A stretch of DNA of 64,000 nt from assembly GCA_963791045.1 (NCBI GenBank), contig CAWBQK010000017.1, positions 128,001 to 192,000 on the forward strand. The letters run 5' to 3'. Within the stretch, counting starts at the first letter, position 1; the number at the start of each line of letters is the position of its first letter. The stretch comes from Candidatus Latescibacterota bacterium. GTDB lineage: Bacteria; Krumholzibacteriota; Krumholzibacteriia; WVZY01. The notes beneath the pieces are model-generated. The model was not told the origin of the DNA and made no database searches. It saw only the letters and a program-made list of their open reading frames with translations. Positions 39,829 through 50,735 of this stretch are shown here, piece by piece. Both the position numbers and the translations under genes were made by a program.

Positions 39829-42800
39829 TCAAGCTGCTTTCGATCGTGACGGCAGGGCGCGAATATGTCGAATTACGCGCAGGAGGATGATGGACAGAAT
39901 CCAGGCGGCGACAATGGGAATACCGGCGGACTTGATCCAGTGGATGCCGACGAGGCCCTCGATGAATTCAATATCGAGAAGGTTCAAAAGAGACAGGCCT
40001 GACGCGGTAAGAACGACGCCGGTAATGAGGGATAGAAGGCTACGCCACCACGATCGCCACGCGCCGTACGCGCCGGCCCACAACGCGAAGAGAATCCCGA
40101 TCGCAAGCCCGGTGTACTGGGCGATTGCACGATGATTGTCGGCGAGGGTTACTGTTTCTCCCGGATCGACGACACCGTAGACAATGTGTGTCTGGTAGAG
40201 CCCAAAAACGATGGACGCCGCGATGAGAAGACAGACGAACACGCCGGTGGACATTACAACACGGCCCCAGTGCGTGGCTTCCTGCCAGGCGTCGCGCCAG
40301 CGCCATCCAAAAAAGCGCACCGATACAAAGTAGAAAGCGGGGATGGCAAATATGATTAAAATGGTGCTCGAAGCCAGGCCGCCGATCGATGCGAGCGCGA
40401 GGTTTTCCCAAATGTCCTTGTCATCGGTGTCTCTGAAGTGCACGAGCAGCGGGGCAAGCCCGACAATCGTGGTGCCGCTGGTAAGAAGGATCGAGCGGAG
40501 TCGTATTCGAACGGCGCGGGACACGGCGCGGCGAAGAAGGTCAACCCGCTCTTCCCGTGGCAGGTGCCACAGATCGACACCGCCGGGCTCGGTCCGCGTC
40601 TGGGAAAACAGCGCCGACGTTTTCGCTGGGTCGATGCCGAGGCGCGCCCTGATGACCAATGCGGACTCTGTCCGGAAACGGCTTGCGAGCAAAATCGCAT
40701 TGTTGACTACGATGCCAAAGAGAAGAATCAACCCAATTCGGGCGGAAGAATCAAAAGACGAGTTTGTGACCCAGAACGCGATGTAAACGCCAACAAGAGC
40801 CATCGGCACCGAGACCAGCACGAGAAACGGCAGGGAAATGCTTTCAAAAAGAGCGGCGAGAACCATAAAGATAAACAGCACGGCGAGCGCCAGCGCCAGC
40901 GTGAGTTCTTCCTCTTCTTCCTGCGAAAAGAATTCGCGAGTGGTCTCCTCCGCATCGTAGCCGTAGGGAAGGTCGAATGAGTCGAGGACTTTTTTGATAA
41001 AGCTCAGTCGCATCCGGTCGGTGCCTACATACTGCCAATTGAGGTACGTGGTGTACCGCTGGTTTTCTCTAATTATTGAACCGGAAAGCGGAAGAACCTC
41101 GGCTTTAACAAGGTCGGCAAGCCGCACGGTCTCTCCACTTGGAGTTGTTATGAATGTCTCTCGCGCATCGGCGAACTCCACGGCTTCGGAGTCCTCGAAG
41201 GCCAGTTGGACCTGTTTGTGTTCGTTGTCTATGAGCATCGTCCGCGGTGTGTCGACACCGAGCAGGCGTTGGAGGTGGACGACGATTTCCAGGACGCTGA
41301 GTCCGTAAACGGCTAATTGGTCCCGGTCCACGGTTACGACGACTTCGTCCTGGAACGCGCGTTCGAACTGGGAGCCGGTCGTGATCCGGGCGTTACGCAC
41401 CCGGCGGTTCTTCTGAATGTCGGTGAGAGTCTTTTCCGCGATCTCCCGGAGCCGTTTTGAATTGTATCCTGTTATCTTGATCATCGAATTAAGGGCGGAG
41501 CCCCCGAAGTTGCCGCGAACATAGGGAGTGTCGGAATAACCGAAGATTACGATGGCCGTGCCGCCAAGCTTGTCCGCCTCGTCGACAAGAAGCTGTCTGA
41601 AAAACATCGGAATCTCCGACTGGCGAGTGTCTTTGTCAAACTCGATCCTCATCATCGCCTGGTTGCCGAAGACTTGTGAGCGCACCTGCGCGCCCTCGGG
41701 GATTGGTTGGAGCTTTTCCTCGAAGAGGCGAAGGGTTTCGGAAGTAAGCTCGATATCCGTTCCCGAAGGCATCTCGAGGATCAATACAAGCTGTTCTACA
41801 TCGGGCAGCCGCCAGAACCCCGCCTTTATGACCTTGGTGTCATAAACGTACCAACCGAAAACAAAGACAAGCAGAGTGGCTGGAACCACGAGCCACCAGA
41901 GTTTCTGGTTCCAGGCAAATATACGTTCAAAAAGAGGCGGGCGGGCATCGAGATCGGGAAGATCCTCGGTAAACCTGGCGAGCTCCCTTGGGTCGTCGAC
42001 GTTGTTCGGGCCATCCTCCGAGCGCCTCACGTTGGGCGTGGCCCAACTGCTGTGGAGGATCATCGGAACCCATCCGAACGCGACGAAGAGCGATGCGATA
42101 AGCGCCGTGGCGACGGAGACTCCGAGAGGAACGTAGTAAAGCGCAAGGCGGCCTGACAGAAATATAAAAGACACGAATGCCACAACTGTTGTCGCCGTGG
42201 TTGTGAGGATGGGGAAGAATACATCGCGCGTGCCGCCGATAATCATTTCGAGTGCGATCTTCATTTTTGACGAATGCGACAAACCGGCTTCCTGTGCCTT
42301 GTCCAGGGACCCCATGCGGCGGTGAATCGAATCGAGAACGAGGATACTGTTGTCAAGAATGAGCCCGAAGCAAACAGTCAGACCGCTGATGGTGATAAAG
42401 TTGACTGATATTTTGAGAAAGTAGAAAAAGCTCAGTGAGATAACGATGGCAAAAACGATCGATCCAATGACGATTGCGGTGAGCTTGATCTGTCGGAGCG
42501 AAATCGCCAACAGCAGAAAAAGAAGAGCGAGAATGACGAGCGATCTGTATACGAGTTCCTTGAGCTTTGATTCGAGTTCTTCGCCCTGATCCTCGTCAAC
42601 ATTGAATGTGACCTCGAAAGGTACCTGGTTTTCTATTGCGGGCAGGGCCTTGCGGAGCGTTCGACTCGCGGCGACAGAGTTTGCACCGCTCCTCTTTTCG
42701 ACGAAGATTTGGACGACGTTCTTGCCGTTTGAACGGACAAGGTACACGGGGTCTTCGTGATCCCTTTTGATTTCGGCGAGCATTCCAAGTGTGAAGGCTC

Positions 42801-43548
42801 TTTCGCCTCGTTGAGCGACGATGGCGTGTCGAAGGTCATGAAAGCTGACCATATCCCGGAGTGCCACGAACTTCTCGGTTCCGGCCTGGAATACCGTCCC
42901 CGCCCCATCCAATTCGTCGAGACGGTCTATATTAGTGAATATCTCGTCCGGCGTGATGCCGTAGAGGTCGAGTTTGCGGCGGTCGAGATAAATCTTGATA
43001 AGCGGCTGGGCGCCGCCAAGTATTCGCGCGTCGGCGACACCTTCGAGCGCCACCAGCTGAGGGAGCACCCAGTCTTCGGCGAGTTCGCGCAATTCGTTGG
43101 GTTCGAGGGGCGACTCGAGACTGAAGGTAAAGAATTGTTCGGTTCTGAATTCCTCGGGGACGTAGGGGAGGATCATCGGTTGTCCGGCGTTGAGCGGCAA
43201 ATTACGTCTGACAGAACCCAACTGTTCGTTGAGGTCGATTCGGGCGAATTCGATATCAATCTCGCGGCGAAAAGATACTTCGACTTGTGAGCGAGCGGCC
43301 CGGCTGGTCGACCTGATGTTCTCGACGCCATGGACTTTGCGAGCCGCCTCTTCAATGGGAATGGTAATCGAGCGTTGGATAGCTTGAGGTGAGGCGCCGT
43401 TCCAATATGTTTGTATAGTTAGAGTTGGGAGATCTATCTCAGGTATAGCTTCAATTTGGAGGCGGGGTACGGCGTACAGACCGAGCAGTATGAACGCCGC
43501 AAAAATCATCCAGGTCGTGACCGGGTGCCTCACGAAGAAATTGGTCAT
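39829..43548 (-). CDS. RND efflux permease subunit with C-terminal membrane extension
   Basis: FVRHPV, GLILDNSILV, LFESI..P, GIVVNNAIL and RLRSILLT; extra TM helices after the core. Confidence 0.9.
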   Translation of the reverse strand: MTNFFVRHPVTTWMIFAAFILLGLYAVPRLQIEAIPEIDLPTLTIQTYWNGASPQAIQRSITIPIEEAARKVHGVENIRSTSRAARSQVEVSFRREIDIEFARIDLNEQLGSVRRNLPLNAGQPMILPYVPEEFRTEQFFTFSLESPLEPNELRELAEDWVLPQLVALEGVADARILGGAQPLIKIYLDRRKLDLYGITPDEIFTNIDRLDELDGAGTVFQAGTEKFVALRDMVSFHDLRHAIVAQRGERAFTLGMLAEIKRDHEDPVYLVRSNGKNVVQIFVEKRSGANSVAASRTLRKALPAIENQVPFEVTFNVDEDQGEELESKLKELVYRSLVILALLFLLLAISLRQIKLTAIVIGSIVFAIVISLSFFYFLKISVNFITISGLTVCFGLILDNSILVLDSIHRRMGSLDKAQEAGLSHSSKMKIALEMIIGGTRDVFFPILTTTATTVVAFVSFIFLSGRLALYYVPLGVSVATALIASLFVAFGWVPMILHSSWATPNVRRSEDGPNNVDDPRELARFTEDLPDLDARPPLFERIFAWNQKLWWLVVPATLLVFVFGWYVYDTKVIKAGFWRLPDVEQLVLILEMPSGTDIELTSETLRLFEEKLQPIPEGAQVRSQVFGNQAMMRIEFDKDTRQSEIPMFFRQLLVDEADKLGGTAIVIFGYSDTPYVRGNFGGSALNSMIKITGYNSKRLREIAEKTLTDIQKNRRVRNARITTGSQFERAFQDEVVVTVDRDQLAVYGLSVLEIVVHLQRLLGVDTPRTMLIDNEHKQVQLAFEDSEAVEFADARETFITTPSGETVRLADLVKAEVLPLSGSIIRENQRYTTYLNWQYVGTDRMRLSFIKKVLDSFDLPYGYDAEETTREFFSQEEEEELTLALALAVLFIFMVLAALFESISLPFLVLVSVPMALVGVYIAFWVTNSSFDSSARIGLILLFGIVVNNAILLASRFRTESALVIRARLGIDPAKTSALFSQTRTEPGGVDLWHLPREERVDLLRRAVSRAVRIRLRSILLTSGTTIVGLAPLLVHFRDTDDKDIWENLALASIGGLASSTILIIFAIPAFYFVSVRFFGWRWRDAWQEATHWGRVVMSTGVFVCLLIAASIVFGLYQTHIVYGVVDPGETVTLADNHRAIAQYTGLAIGILFALWAGAYGAWRSWWRSLLSLITGVVLTASGLSLLNLLDIEFIEGLVGIHWIKSAGIPIVAAWILSIILLRVIRHIRALPSRSKAA

Positions 43549-46500
43549 TCGCCGGTCTCCTTGATGCGATGGGCCATCTTGTAGAGGATCGGCGTGTAGA
43601 TAAGCGTGAGGAACGTCGTCAGGAAAAGACCGCCAATGATGGTCAGAGCGAGCGGCCGCTGGAGTTGTTCACCGCTACCTATTCCGACGGCAAGCGGGAT
43701 CATGGCAAGAATCGTCGACGCACTGGTCATTAAAATTGGCCGGAGACGGAGTCGGCTGGCCTCGAGGATTGCCTTGTAGCCGTCCATACCGTTCTCACGC
43801 AGGCGGCGTATGGTGTCCACCTTGATGATGGCATCGTTGACCGCAATTCCAATTAAGGCAACCATGCCGATGAGGGAGAGAACATTCAACGAACCGCCGC
43901 TGAGAGCAATGGCAATAACGGACCCCGCGAGACCGATTGGTAGCACGGAGGCAATCAGGAGTGGGTCGACAAACGACTCGAACTGGGCGGCAAGAATCAT
44001 GTATACGAGGAGCGTCGCAAGCAGCATTGCCCAGCCGAGATCGCGTGAAGCTCTTGACCATCTCGGCTCGCTGACCGCTCTTAACAATCATCACGCCGGT
44101 TGGCAGGTCCATTGTCGATGCGACCGCCATCGCCTGCTCCCACGCTTCATCGACCGATCCCTTGCGCAGGTCGGCGGACACAGTGACCATTCGACGCTGA
44201 TTTCTCCGGGTCAGTTCGCGCACGGGCCGTTCTTCGTGCAGGTCGAGAAAGGTGCGAAGGGGGACCGTATTTCCGTCGCCGACCGCAACGGGTGAATTCA
44301 ACGCCTCCGAGAGATCGCGGCGCTTGTCACGGGGAAGCCTCACCGAGATATCGATCCTCTGGTCGACCTCGTTGAATGTGGTCGCCTCCACGCCGCGGAT
44401 GCGGTTGCGAAGCTCGCGCGCAATGGCCTCGGGATTCAGGCCGCTACGGAGGATTTCTTCGGCGTCGAGTTGGACGACGAGGTTTGGCGTGCCGATAACC
44501 CGGTCTACCTTGAGATCTCGAAGTGATTCGGCGTCAGTGAGACGATGCATCAAATCTTCGGCAACTTCCACGGCGACCAGGGGATCCTCGGCCATCACAC
44601 CGAGTGTGAAAGGCGCCTCGTCCGTGGCGAGAATTTCACCGAGTCCGATTCCTTCCTCGTGGAAAGCGTATTGGAGCCCCGGCATATTGCCGAGCCGCCT
44701 GGCCGCTTCCTCCTGGATTCTGCGTCCTTTCTCGCGTCCGCCTCGTCCGGGCTTCAGAATTATTCTGATACTCGCCGTGTGCGGCGCCGTGAACTCGCTC
44801 AAAGATTCGAGTGTTTTCTCGGTGCGGCCAACCTGGCTGAACACGTTTCTAACATCCTCATCGGCGCTTATCCAGTCAGCGAACTTCGAAGTCCAGATGG
44901 CCGTTTCCTCGAGTGGCGTGCCGCTCGGAAGTTCGACGTCGATCCTCAGGTCACCGGCGCTTCTTTCGGGCATAAAACTCGTTCGAAGTCCGGTTGCGAG
45001 AAGAGCTGTTAGGGCGAGTCCGGCGACGAGAATTGTGAGCATAAACCTGGGGCGTCGAAGCGAGCGGACGAGCACGGTGTGGTAGACATTATAAAACGCG
45101 TCGAATGCGTCGCTGAAGAGCCGAAAGAGTCCGCGGGGAGGCCCTTGTTTTCTTGAGAGTACCCTCGCTGAAAGCATCGGCTGAAGCAGCAACGCCGTCG
45201 CTACCGATACGAGAAGCGCAAAGACGACGGCCAGGGCCTGGTCGCGGAAAAACGCGCCCGCTATTCCCGGGACATAGACGACGGGGAAGAAGACCGCCAC
45301 GGTTGTGAATGTGGCTGCAAGGACGGCGCGGGCCACCTCTCCGGTCCCGTCCACCGCGGCGCGGGCGACGAAACGCTGCCGGGCAAGATCCTTATGCGCG
45401 CCATCCGCATCACCGGTCCCCGGTTCTATGGGGCGGTCTTCAGCGAGATGCCGGTTGATATTTTCGAGCACAACGATCGCATTATCGACGAGCATACCGG
45501 CGGCAAGAGATAGCCCACCGAGGCTCATTAAGTTGAGTTTGACCTTGCCGAAATAGAGGAGGGCAAAAGTAATGAAAATCGATACCGGGATTGAGACGCC
45601 AACGACGATGGGGCTCCGGAAATCACGAAGGAAGAAAAACAAAACGAGAAAAGCGAGACATGCCCCGATGATGAGCGATTGCACGAGCCCTTGAAACGAT
45701 GCGCGGACGTACTCCGCGTCCCTGTATACGAACTCGTATTCGAAGTCTCCGTAGTCCTCGACGAGAACGCCGAGCGCGACATCGATTTCCTCCGACACCT
45801 GGATCGTATTGGCGTCGGGTTCCTTATAGAGAAGAAACGACACCACCTGGTCACCGCCGAGGTAGGTCATTCCTTCCGACTCTTTGACGGTGTCGGTGAC
45901 AACCGCGATGTCGCTGATGCGGACAACGGACGTCCCCGATCTCAAGATGTCCGTTGCGGCGATGTCTTCGAGCGTTTCATACTCTCCGACGATACGTAGA
46001 CTCAGGTGCAGCGGTCCTTGCCTGATTTTCCCCCCGGGGAAGGATATGTTGCTCCGCGAGAGAGCGCCGCGGATGTCTTCGATCGTAATGCCATACATCG
46101 CCATTTTCTTGACATCGGGTTCGACGCGGATTTCGCGTTCTACGCCGCCGACTACCTCGGCCTGGCTTATCCCCTCGACTTGTTGGAGCGCGGGTTTGAC
46201 GACCTCGGTCGCGAATTCCGTCACCGATTCTATACGTCCGGTTCCCTTGAGGGCGAGAATGCTAATGGGTCGCGAGAGGGGGTCCCAACGAAGAATAACC
46301 GGTCGTTCCGCCTCTTCCGGAAAATCGTCGCGAAACGCTACGCGGTCCACGGCCTCTCGGAGGTGTAGATTGGCGAAGTCCATCTGCGTGCCCCACTCAT
46401 ACTCGACGGTGATTATCGAGATACCTTCGCGGGTTCTGGAGATGACACGGCGGACACCGGAGAGCGCGGTGACGACTTCTTCGATTCTCTGCGTGACGAG

Positions 46501-46680
46501 GCGTTCGAGGTCCTCCGCCGGAATATCCTCGTACGTCGTGATTACGGTAAGTCGCGGGTATGTAATCGACGGAAGCAGGTCAACGGGCAGTCGGGCGAAA
46601 CTAAGTAAACCGATCAGCACTAGCGCGAGAAATAGCATGCTGATTGCTATGGGTCGCTGGATGACAAAACGCAGCATCAC
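43545..46680 (-). CDS. RND efflux permease subunit (single-base insertion near 44046)
   Basis: IQRPIA, GMLVDNAIVVLENI; joins RDLGWA...AQFES...RLRPILMT; length 3n+1. Confidence 0.9.
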
Positions 46681-46686
46681 GCGTCC

Positions 46687-48033
46687 TTATTTTGTGCCCC
46701 CCCAGGGATCCGTTATGGGGACTGTCTTTTTGATTTTAATTTTTGCCTCGTGGGAGAGGGTGAGGTGGTTGGATACGACGACCTTATCGCCAGCCTCCAG
46801 GGTTCCCCCCTGAAGAACTTTTTCGATTTCGACAGTGTAATCGTTCTGTTTTCCAACCTTCAGATACAGCCACTTGGCTCGATCGCCTTCAATCTTGAAA
46901 AGAAGGGGTCTGCCGTCGCGGGTTAGAATTGCCTCTCTTGGCACGAGCAGCCGGTCGGGATAGGTTTCTCCCGCGACGATTGCCCTTACAAACATACCGG
47001 GTCGGAGGCGGCCCTCGGGACTCTTTACGCGCAAAAGAACCATGCAGGTTCGACTCGCCCTATCGAACTGGGGACTGATAACGTCCACCGTGGCTCGAAT
47101 AGTATCGCCGAGAGCCGGCACGGCGAGGAGGGCGGGGCGCCCAACATCAAGATGTCCGATGTCGGACTCGAGGACACCCACCTCCGCTTCGAGGTCGATA
47201 TTGTTGACCAGCGTGCAAATTGTCTCTCCGATGACCAATCGTTCACCGTTTGTAAGTTCCAGGCCGGTGATGACGCCGTTGAAAGGCGCGCGAATCTCCG
47301 TCCGCTCGAGGTTGAGATATGCGCGTTCGAGGGCCGCCCGCGCGGACGTAACACCGCTCCGCACAGCGACCATATCGACGCGAAAATCCCCGTCCCTCAA
47401 AGCCTGAACGTCGAGCGCAATCTCCTGGGCGAGGCGTTCCTCTCTACTGATCGAGCCCTTACGTTCGAGAACCTCGAGCTGCTTGATCTTTTCCTTGAGC
47501 TCAGAAGAGCGTTCGGTGACATCCACGCTGTCTTCTTCGACGGCAAGAACACTCAGCGCCTGGAGATAATTGGATCTTGCTTCGTCCGCGGCCACTTCAT
47601 ATTCACGGGAATCCAGCTTCAGAATAATCTGACCTTTTCGAAGGAACTGACCCTCAGTGGTGTGGACTTTGTCTATGCGCCCGCTGATCTCTGTCTTGAT
47701 CTCGGCATCCTGACGGGACCGAATCGTCCCTTCTGCGATAACGGGAATGACAAGATCTCCTTTGACGGTCGCCGCCACGTTGACCGATGTGGTGCGCTCA
47801 CGCTGTTTCTTCTCGGGCTGTGAGTCGGTTGTGTCGGCCGCCGCTTCGCCGTTACCGTTCTCGCCACCGCCTTCGGCGGCGACGGCGAGCGAATCAGCCT
47901 CACCGCCGCTCGTGTCTCCAGAGCCGCAGCCGGTCGTCACAACCAGCAAAGCGAGACAAAAAATAAGGACGACGCAAAGACACGAAGTCCGAATCTGAAC
48001 AGGAATACTGGGAAGTTCGTAGCTAGTTTTCAT
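46687..48033 (-). CDS. RND periplasmic adaptor (membrane fusion protein)
   Basis: ISGRI...EGQ...GQ, IRAPFNGVI and LRPGMFV motifs; lipobox-like TTGC. Confidence 0.9.
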   Translation of the reverse strand: MKTSYELPSIPVQIRTSCLCVVLIFCLALLVVTTGCGSGDTSGGEADSLAVAAEGGGENGNGEAAADTTDSQPEKKQRERTTSVNVAATVKGDLVIPVIAEGTIRSRQDAEIKTEISGRIDKVHTTEGQFLRKGQIILKLDSREYEVAADEARSNYLQALSVLAVEEDSVDVTERSSELKEKIKQLEVLERKGSISREERLAQEIALDVQALRDGDFRVDMVAVRSGVTSARAALERAYLNLERTEIRAPFNGVITGLELTNGERLVIGETICTLVNNIDLEAEVGVLESDIGHLDVGRPALLAVPALGDTIRATVDVISPQFDRASRTCMVLLRVKSPEGRLRPGMFVRAIVAGETYPDRLLVPREAILTRDGRPLLFKIEGDRAKWLYLKVGKQNDYTVEIEKVLQGGTLEAGDKVVVSNHLTLSHEAKIKIKKTVPITDPWGGTK

Positions 48034-48039
48034 GAGTTT

Positions 48040-48072
48040 AAAAAAGTCCGGCCGGCTAAGCGCCGGCCGGAA
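48040..48072 (-). terminator. Intrinsic terminator-like hairpin between the propeller and MFP genes
   Basis: Minus strand reads TCCGGCCGGC-GCTTA-GCCGGCCGGA-C-TTTTTT. Confidence 0.65.
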
Positions 48073-48086
48073 TCTTGGTAAAAGAT

Positions 48087-49376
48087 CTATTTGGTGGATG
48101 TCTTCAGCTCACTGCCAAGCTTGAAGCAAATGACGCTCATGGGTTCGGGCTCGTCGTCGCCAATCTGCAACGATTGCCCCCCGGACTGAAGCGATATGGC
48201 CGCTTGCAGCAAATCGGTCACGACATAAAAGCGGTCTCCGACAAAGTAGTAACCGTCGGTCAACGGCGAGCCTTCGACTTTCAAAGTGACCTGGCGGGCG
48301 AAGCGGCCCTCCGGATCGAAAACGTCGAAGGTGCCTGCGATGTCGTCGGGGAGGTTGCGCGTGCCGTTGCTCGTGAGGACCCAGAGACTTCCGTCCTCGC
48401 GGACAAATATCGTCTCGACGTCCTTGTTGAAATCAGAAATCTTGACCGTCGCATTGGGGATCTGGTTGGCGAACAACCCCATCAGGTCTTCGACGATTTT
48501 TTTCTCTTCGGGCGTGCGCTTCAGATGCGTGTACTCCCGTTCGATAGTCCGGTCGCGCGTGCCGTCGGCGTTCCACACCTCGATACGATAGTCCGAGTAG
48601 TTCGTGCACGCATACACGCGGCCGTCGCCGCCAATGGTCCAGCGGCGGTCGAATGTGTCCCAGACCTGGTCGTCGAGGACCGGATTCGCAAAGTCAATCG
48701 TCCGAACTTCGGAGTGGTACGTCGCCGCTTCGGTACCGTCGGGGTTGAGGCTTGCGAGATAGCGGGTCTGGTCAAAACGTCCCTCGGCAAAGCCATTCGC
48801 AGCAGCTGCGAGGACGAGGTTGCCGCCACGAGAATTTCCGCCGATGAGAATCATCATGCCGCCGTCTTCCCGGGTGGGAAGCGGGTGTTCGCCGGCCGGC
48901 TCACCGTCGGGTGTGAGGAGCACGACCTTGCCGGGCGCCAGTTGGAGCACACCGAGATTTCCATCGCGAGTGAAGAACATGCTTGTCGGCGCACGAAACT
49001 CGCCCGGGCCTTCGCCCTCGCGACCGATGGCTCGAAGGTACTCGCCGTCCGGGGAGAACACTTTGATCTGGTTGAGTTGCGAGTCGAGGAGATACACATT
49101 TCCGGCGTCATCGGTGAGGACTTGTGAAATCACTCCGAAGAACTCATCCTCATCATCCGTGTCTCCGCCAATCCGCCAGAGCTCTTCCGGAGTTGATTCG
49201 ATCACCGGTTCCATCGGATCGGATGGATTCAATAGAACCCGAACGCCGTCGCGGACTTCGTCCGTGCCTTTCCAGTCTGCCGCGGAAGCGGGGAGTACAG
49301 AGGCGAGCATCAACAGCCCGGTGATGATCACCAGGATGGTCGTTATATGGTATGGGTGAATTGTAGAACGGGACAC
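48087..49376 (-). CDS. Secreted 6-bladed beta-propeller (NHL/TolB-like) protein
   Basis: Signal peptide; GNVYLLD...IKVFSPDGEYLRAIGREGEGPGEF; FDVFDPEGRF. Confidence 0.8.
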   Translation of the reverse strand: MSRSTIHPYHITTILVIITGLLMLASVLPASAADWKGTDEVRDGVRVLLNPSDPMEPVIESTPEELWRIGGDTDDEDEFFGVISQVLTDDAGNVYLLDSQLNQIKVFSPDGEYLRAIGREGEGPGEFRAPTSMFFTRDGNLGVLQLAPGKVVLLTPDGEPAGEHPLPTREDGGMMILIGGNSRGGNLVLAAAANGFAEGRFDQTRYLASLNPDGTEAATYHSEVRTIDFANPVLDDQVWDTFDRRWTIGGDGRVYACTNYSDYRIEVWNADGTRDRTIEREYTHLKRTPEEKKIVEDLMGLFANQIPNATVKISDFNKDVETIFVREDGSLWVLTSNGTRNLPDDIAGTFDVFDPEGRFARQVTLKVEGSPLTDGYYFVGDRFYVVTDLLQAAISLQSGGQSLQIGDDEPEPMSVICFKLGSELKTSTK

Positions 49377-50011
49377 AATGACTCCTTTCGATCCATTTCT
49401 GCTTGAGATTACACCCAGGTATCTACGGTCAAGTCGATAAAATGTTACGTGCTTGAACGGTCAACAGACCTGGGTTTTGGGCGCCTTCGCAGATATGTAC
49501 ACCTGATCCGGCAAATCATTCGATTCTATAGGTTGCGAATCGACATTCAGTTTTTAGCCGCTTGAACTAAACTGGTTAAGAGTCTGTCGTGAAGGAGGTT
49601 GCATCGGCGTGCGGCACGTGCTTTTACCCTCGATCCACGGCGATTCAGAATAGCGCAATTGGTATCAAAGGGAAAGCGTTGTTTTAAAGGTCCGGCGCCC
49701 TCGGAACTTTCCCAGATGATGATGATTCAACCGGTGCTGGGGACGGTGGCGTCTGGAGGCGCTGGAAAGCCGAATACGGGTTCCATTTCGATTCCGCTCG
49801 GATTGAAACTGTTTGAAGGAGCGTCTGTTATAGGCTCCATGTGTGGCGCCCGCCGGCGAGGTGTGCGGTCTCTTGGCCGCGAAACATGTTGACTACGCGT
49901 CGTCCGGTGGCTACTATTCGATACCGTAAGATGGTGCACGACAACCACTGGGCTTTATTTAGCCGAATTGCTCCGAACCGTTATTTAATTTCAATATAGA
50001 GAGGTCTAACC

Positions 50012-50629
50012 ATGAGAAGTAGATCTTGGATTATCGTAGCTATCCTGGTCGCCCTTTTGGCGATGGGGTGCTCGAACAAGAAAGTGATGAGGGAAAAAGA
50101 CGCCCAAATCGCGCAACTCGAAGGTCAGGTATCCGATCTCGAGCAGGCAAACCAGGAAGACAGGGCCAGAATTGCCGAGTTGAACCAGGAGCTGGCGAGC
50201 GCTCTCTCCGAATTCGAAGCCAAAGAACAGGTTTGGCTCGAAGAGAAGGAATCGTCCACGGCCGTGACGGTGTCCGAAGCGGTTCTTTTTAATTCAGGGA
50301 GTACCAAACTCTCCGATTCCGGCCGGAACGTGATCGATCAGATCGCGGGAGTTGCGCAGAACCACTCCGACCGCAGTATTCGTGTGGAGGGCCACACGGA
50401 TAACAAGGGAATCCTGACGCCGTACCTGACCAAATACCCGTCGAACTGGGAGCTTGCCGCCCATCGTGCGTGCGCCGTGGTGCATTATATGGTGCAGAAG
50501 CATGGGATCGCGCCGGAGCTCCTGTCGGCTGCCGGATATGGCGAGTACCAGCCCATCGCCGACAACGATAGTCCAGAGGGCCGGGCAAAGAACCGCCGTG
50601 TCGTAATAGTGATCGGTCCCCGCCGTTAA
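50012..50629 (+). CDS. OmpA/MotB-family peptidoglycan-binding lipoprotein
   Basis: Lipobox AMGC, coiled coil, LFNSGS, VEGHTD, NWELA..RA and GRAKNRRV. Confidence 0.88.
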   Translation: MRSRSWIIVAILVALLAMGCSNKKVMREKDAQIAQLEGQVSDLEQANQEDRARIAELNQELASALSEFEAKEQVWLEEKESSTAVTVSEAVLFNSGSTKLSDSGRNVIDQIAGVAQNHSDRSIRVEGHTDNKGILTPYLTKYPSNWELAAHRACAVVHYMVQKHGIAPELLSAAGYGEYQPIADNDSPEGRAKNRRVVIVIGPRR

Positions 50630-50666
50630 TCCGGGGCCATCGGGTTACGCTCGTGATGAACAATGA

Positions 50667-50701
50667 AGAGGCCCTCCAGCGAATTTCTGGAGGGCCTCTT
50701 T
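50667..50701 (+). terminator. Hairpin/terminator
   Basis: AGAGGCCCTCCAG/CTGGAGGGCCTCT stem. Confidence 0.6.
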
Positions 50702-50735
50702 GAATAGATCGACCGAGCCCAGGGTAAGGAGATGT

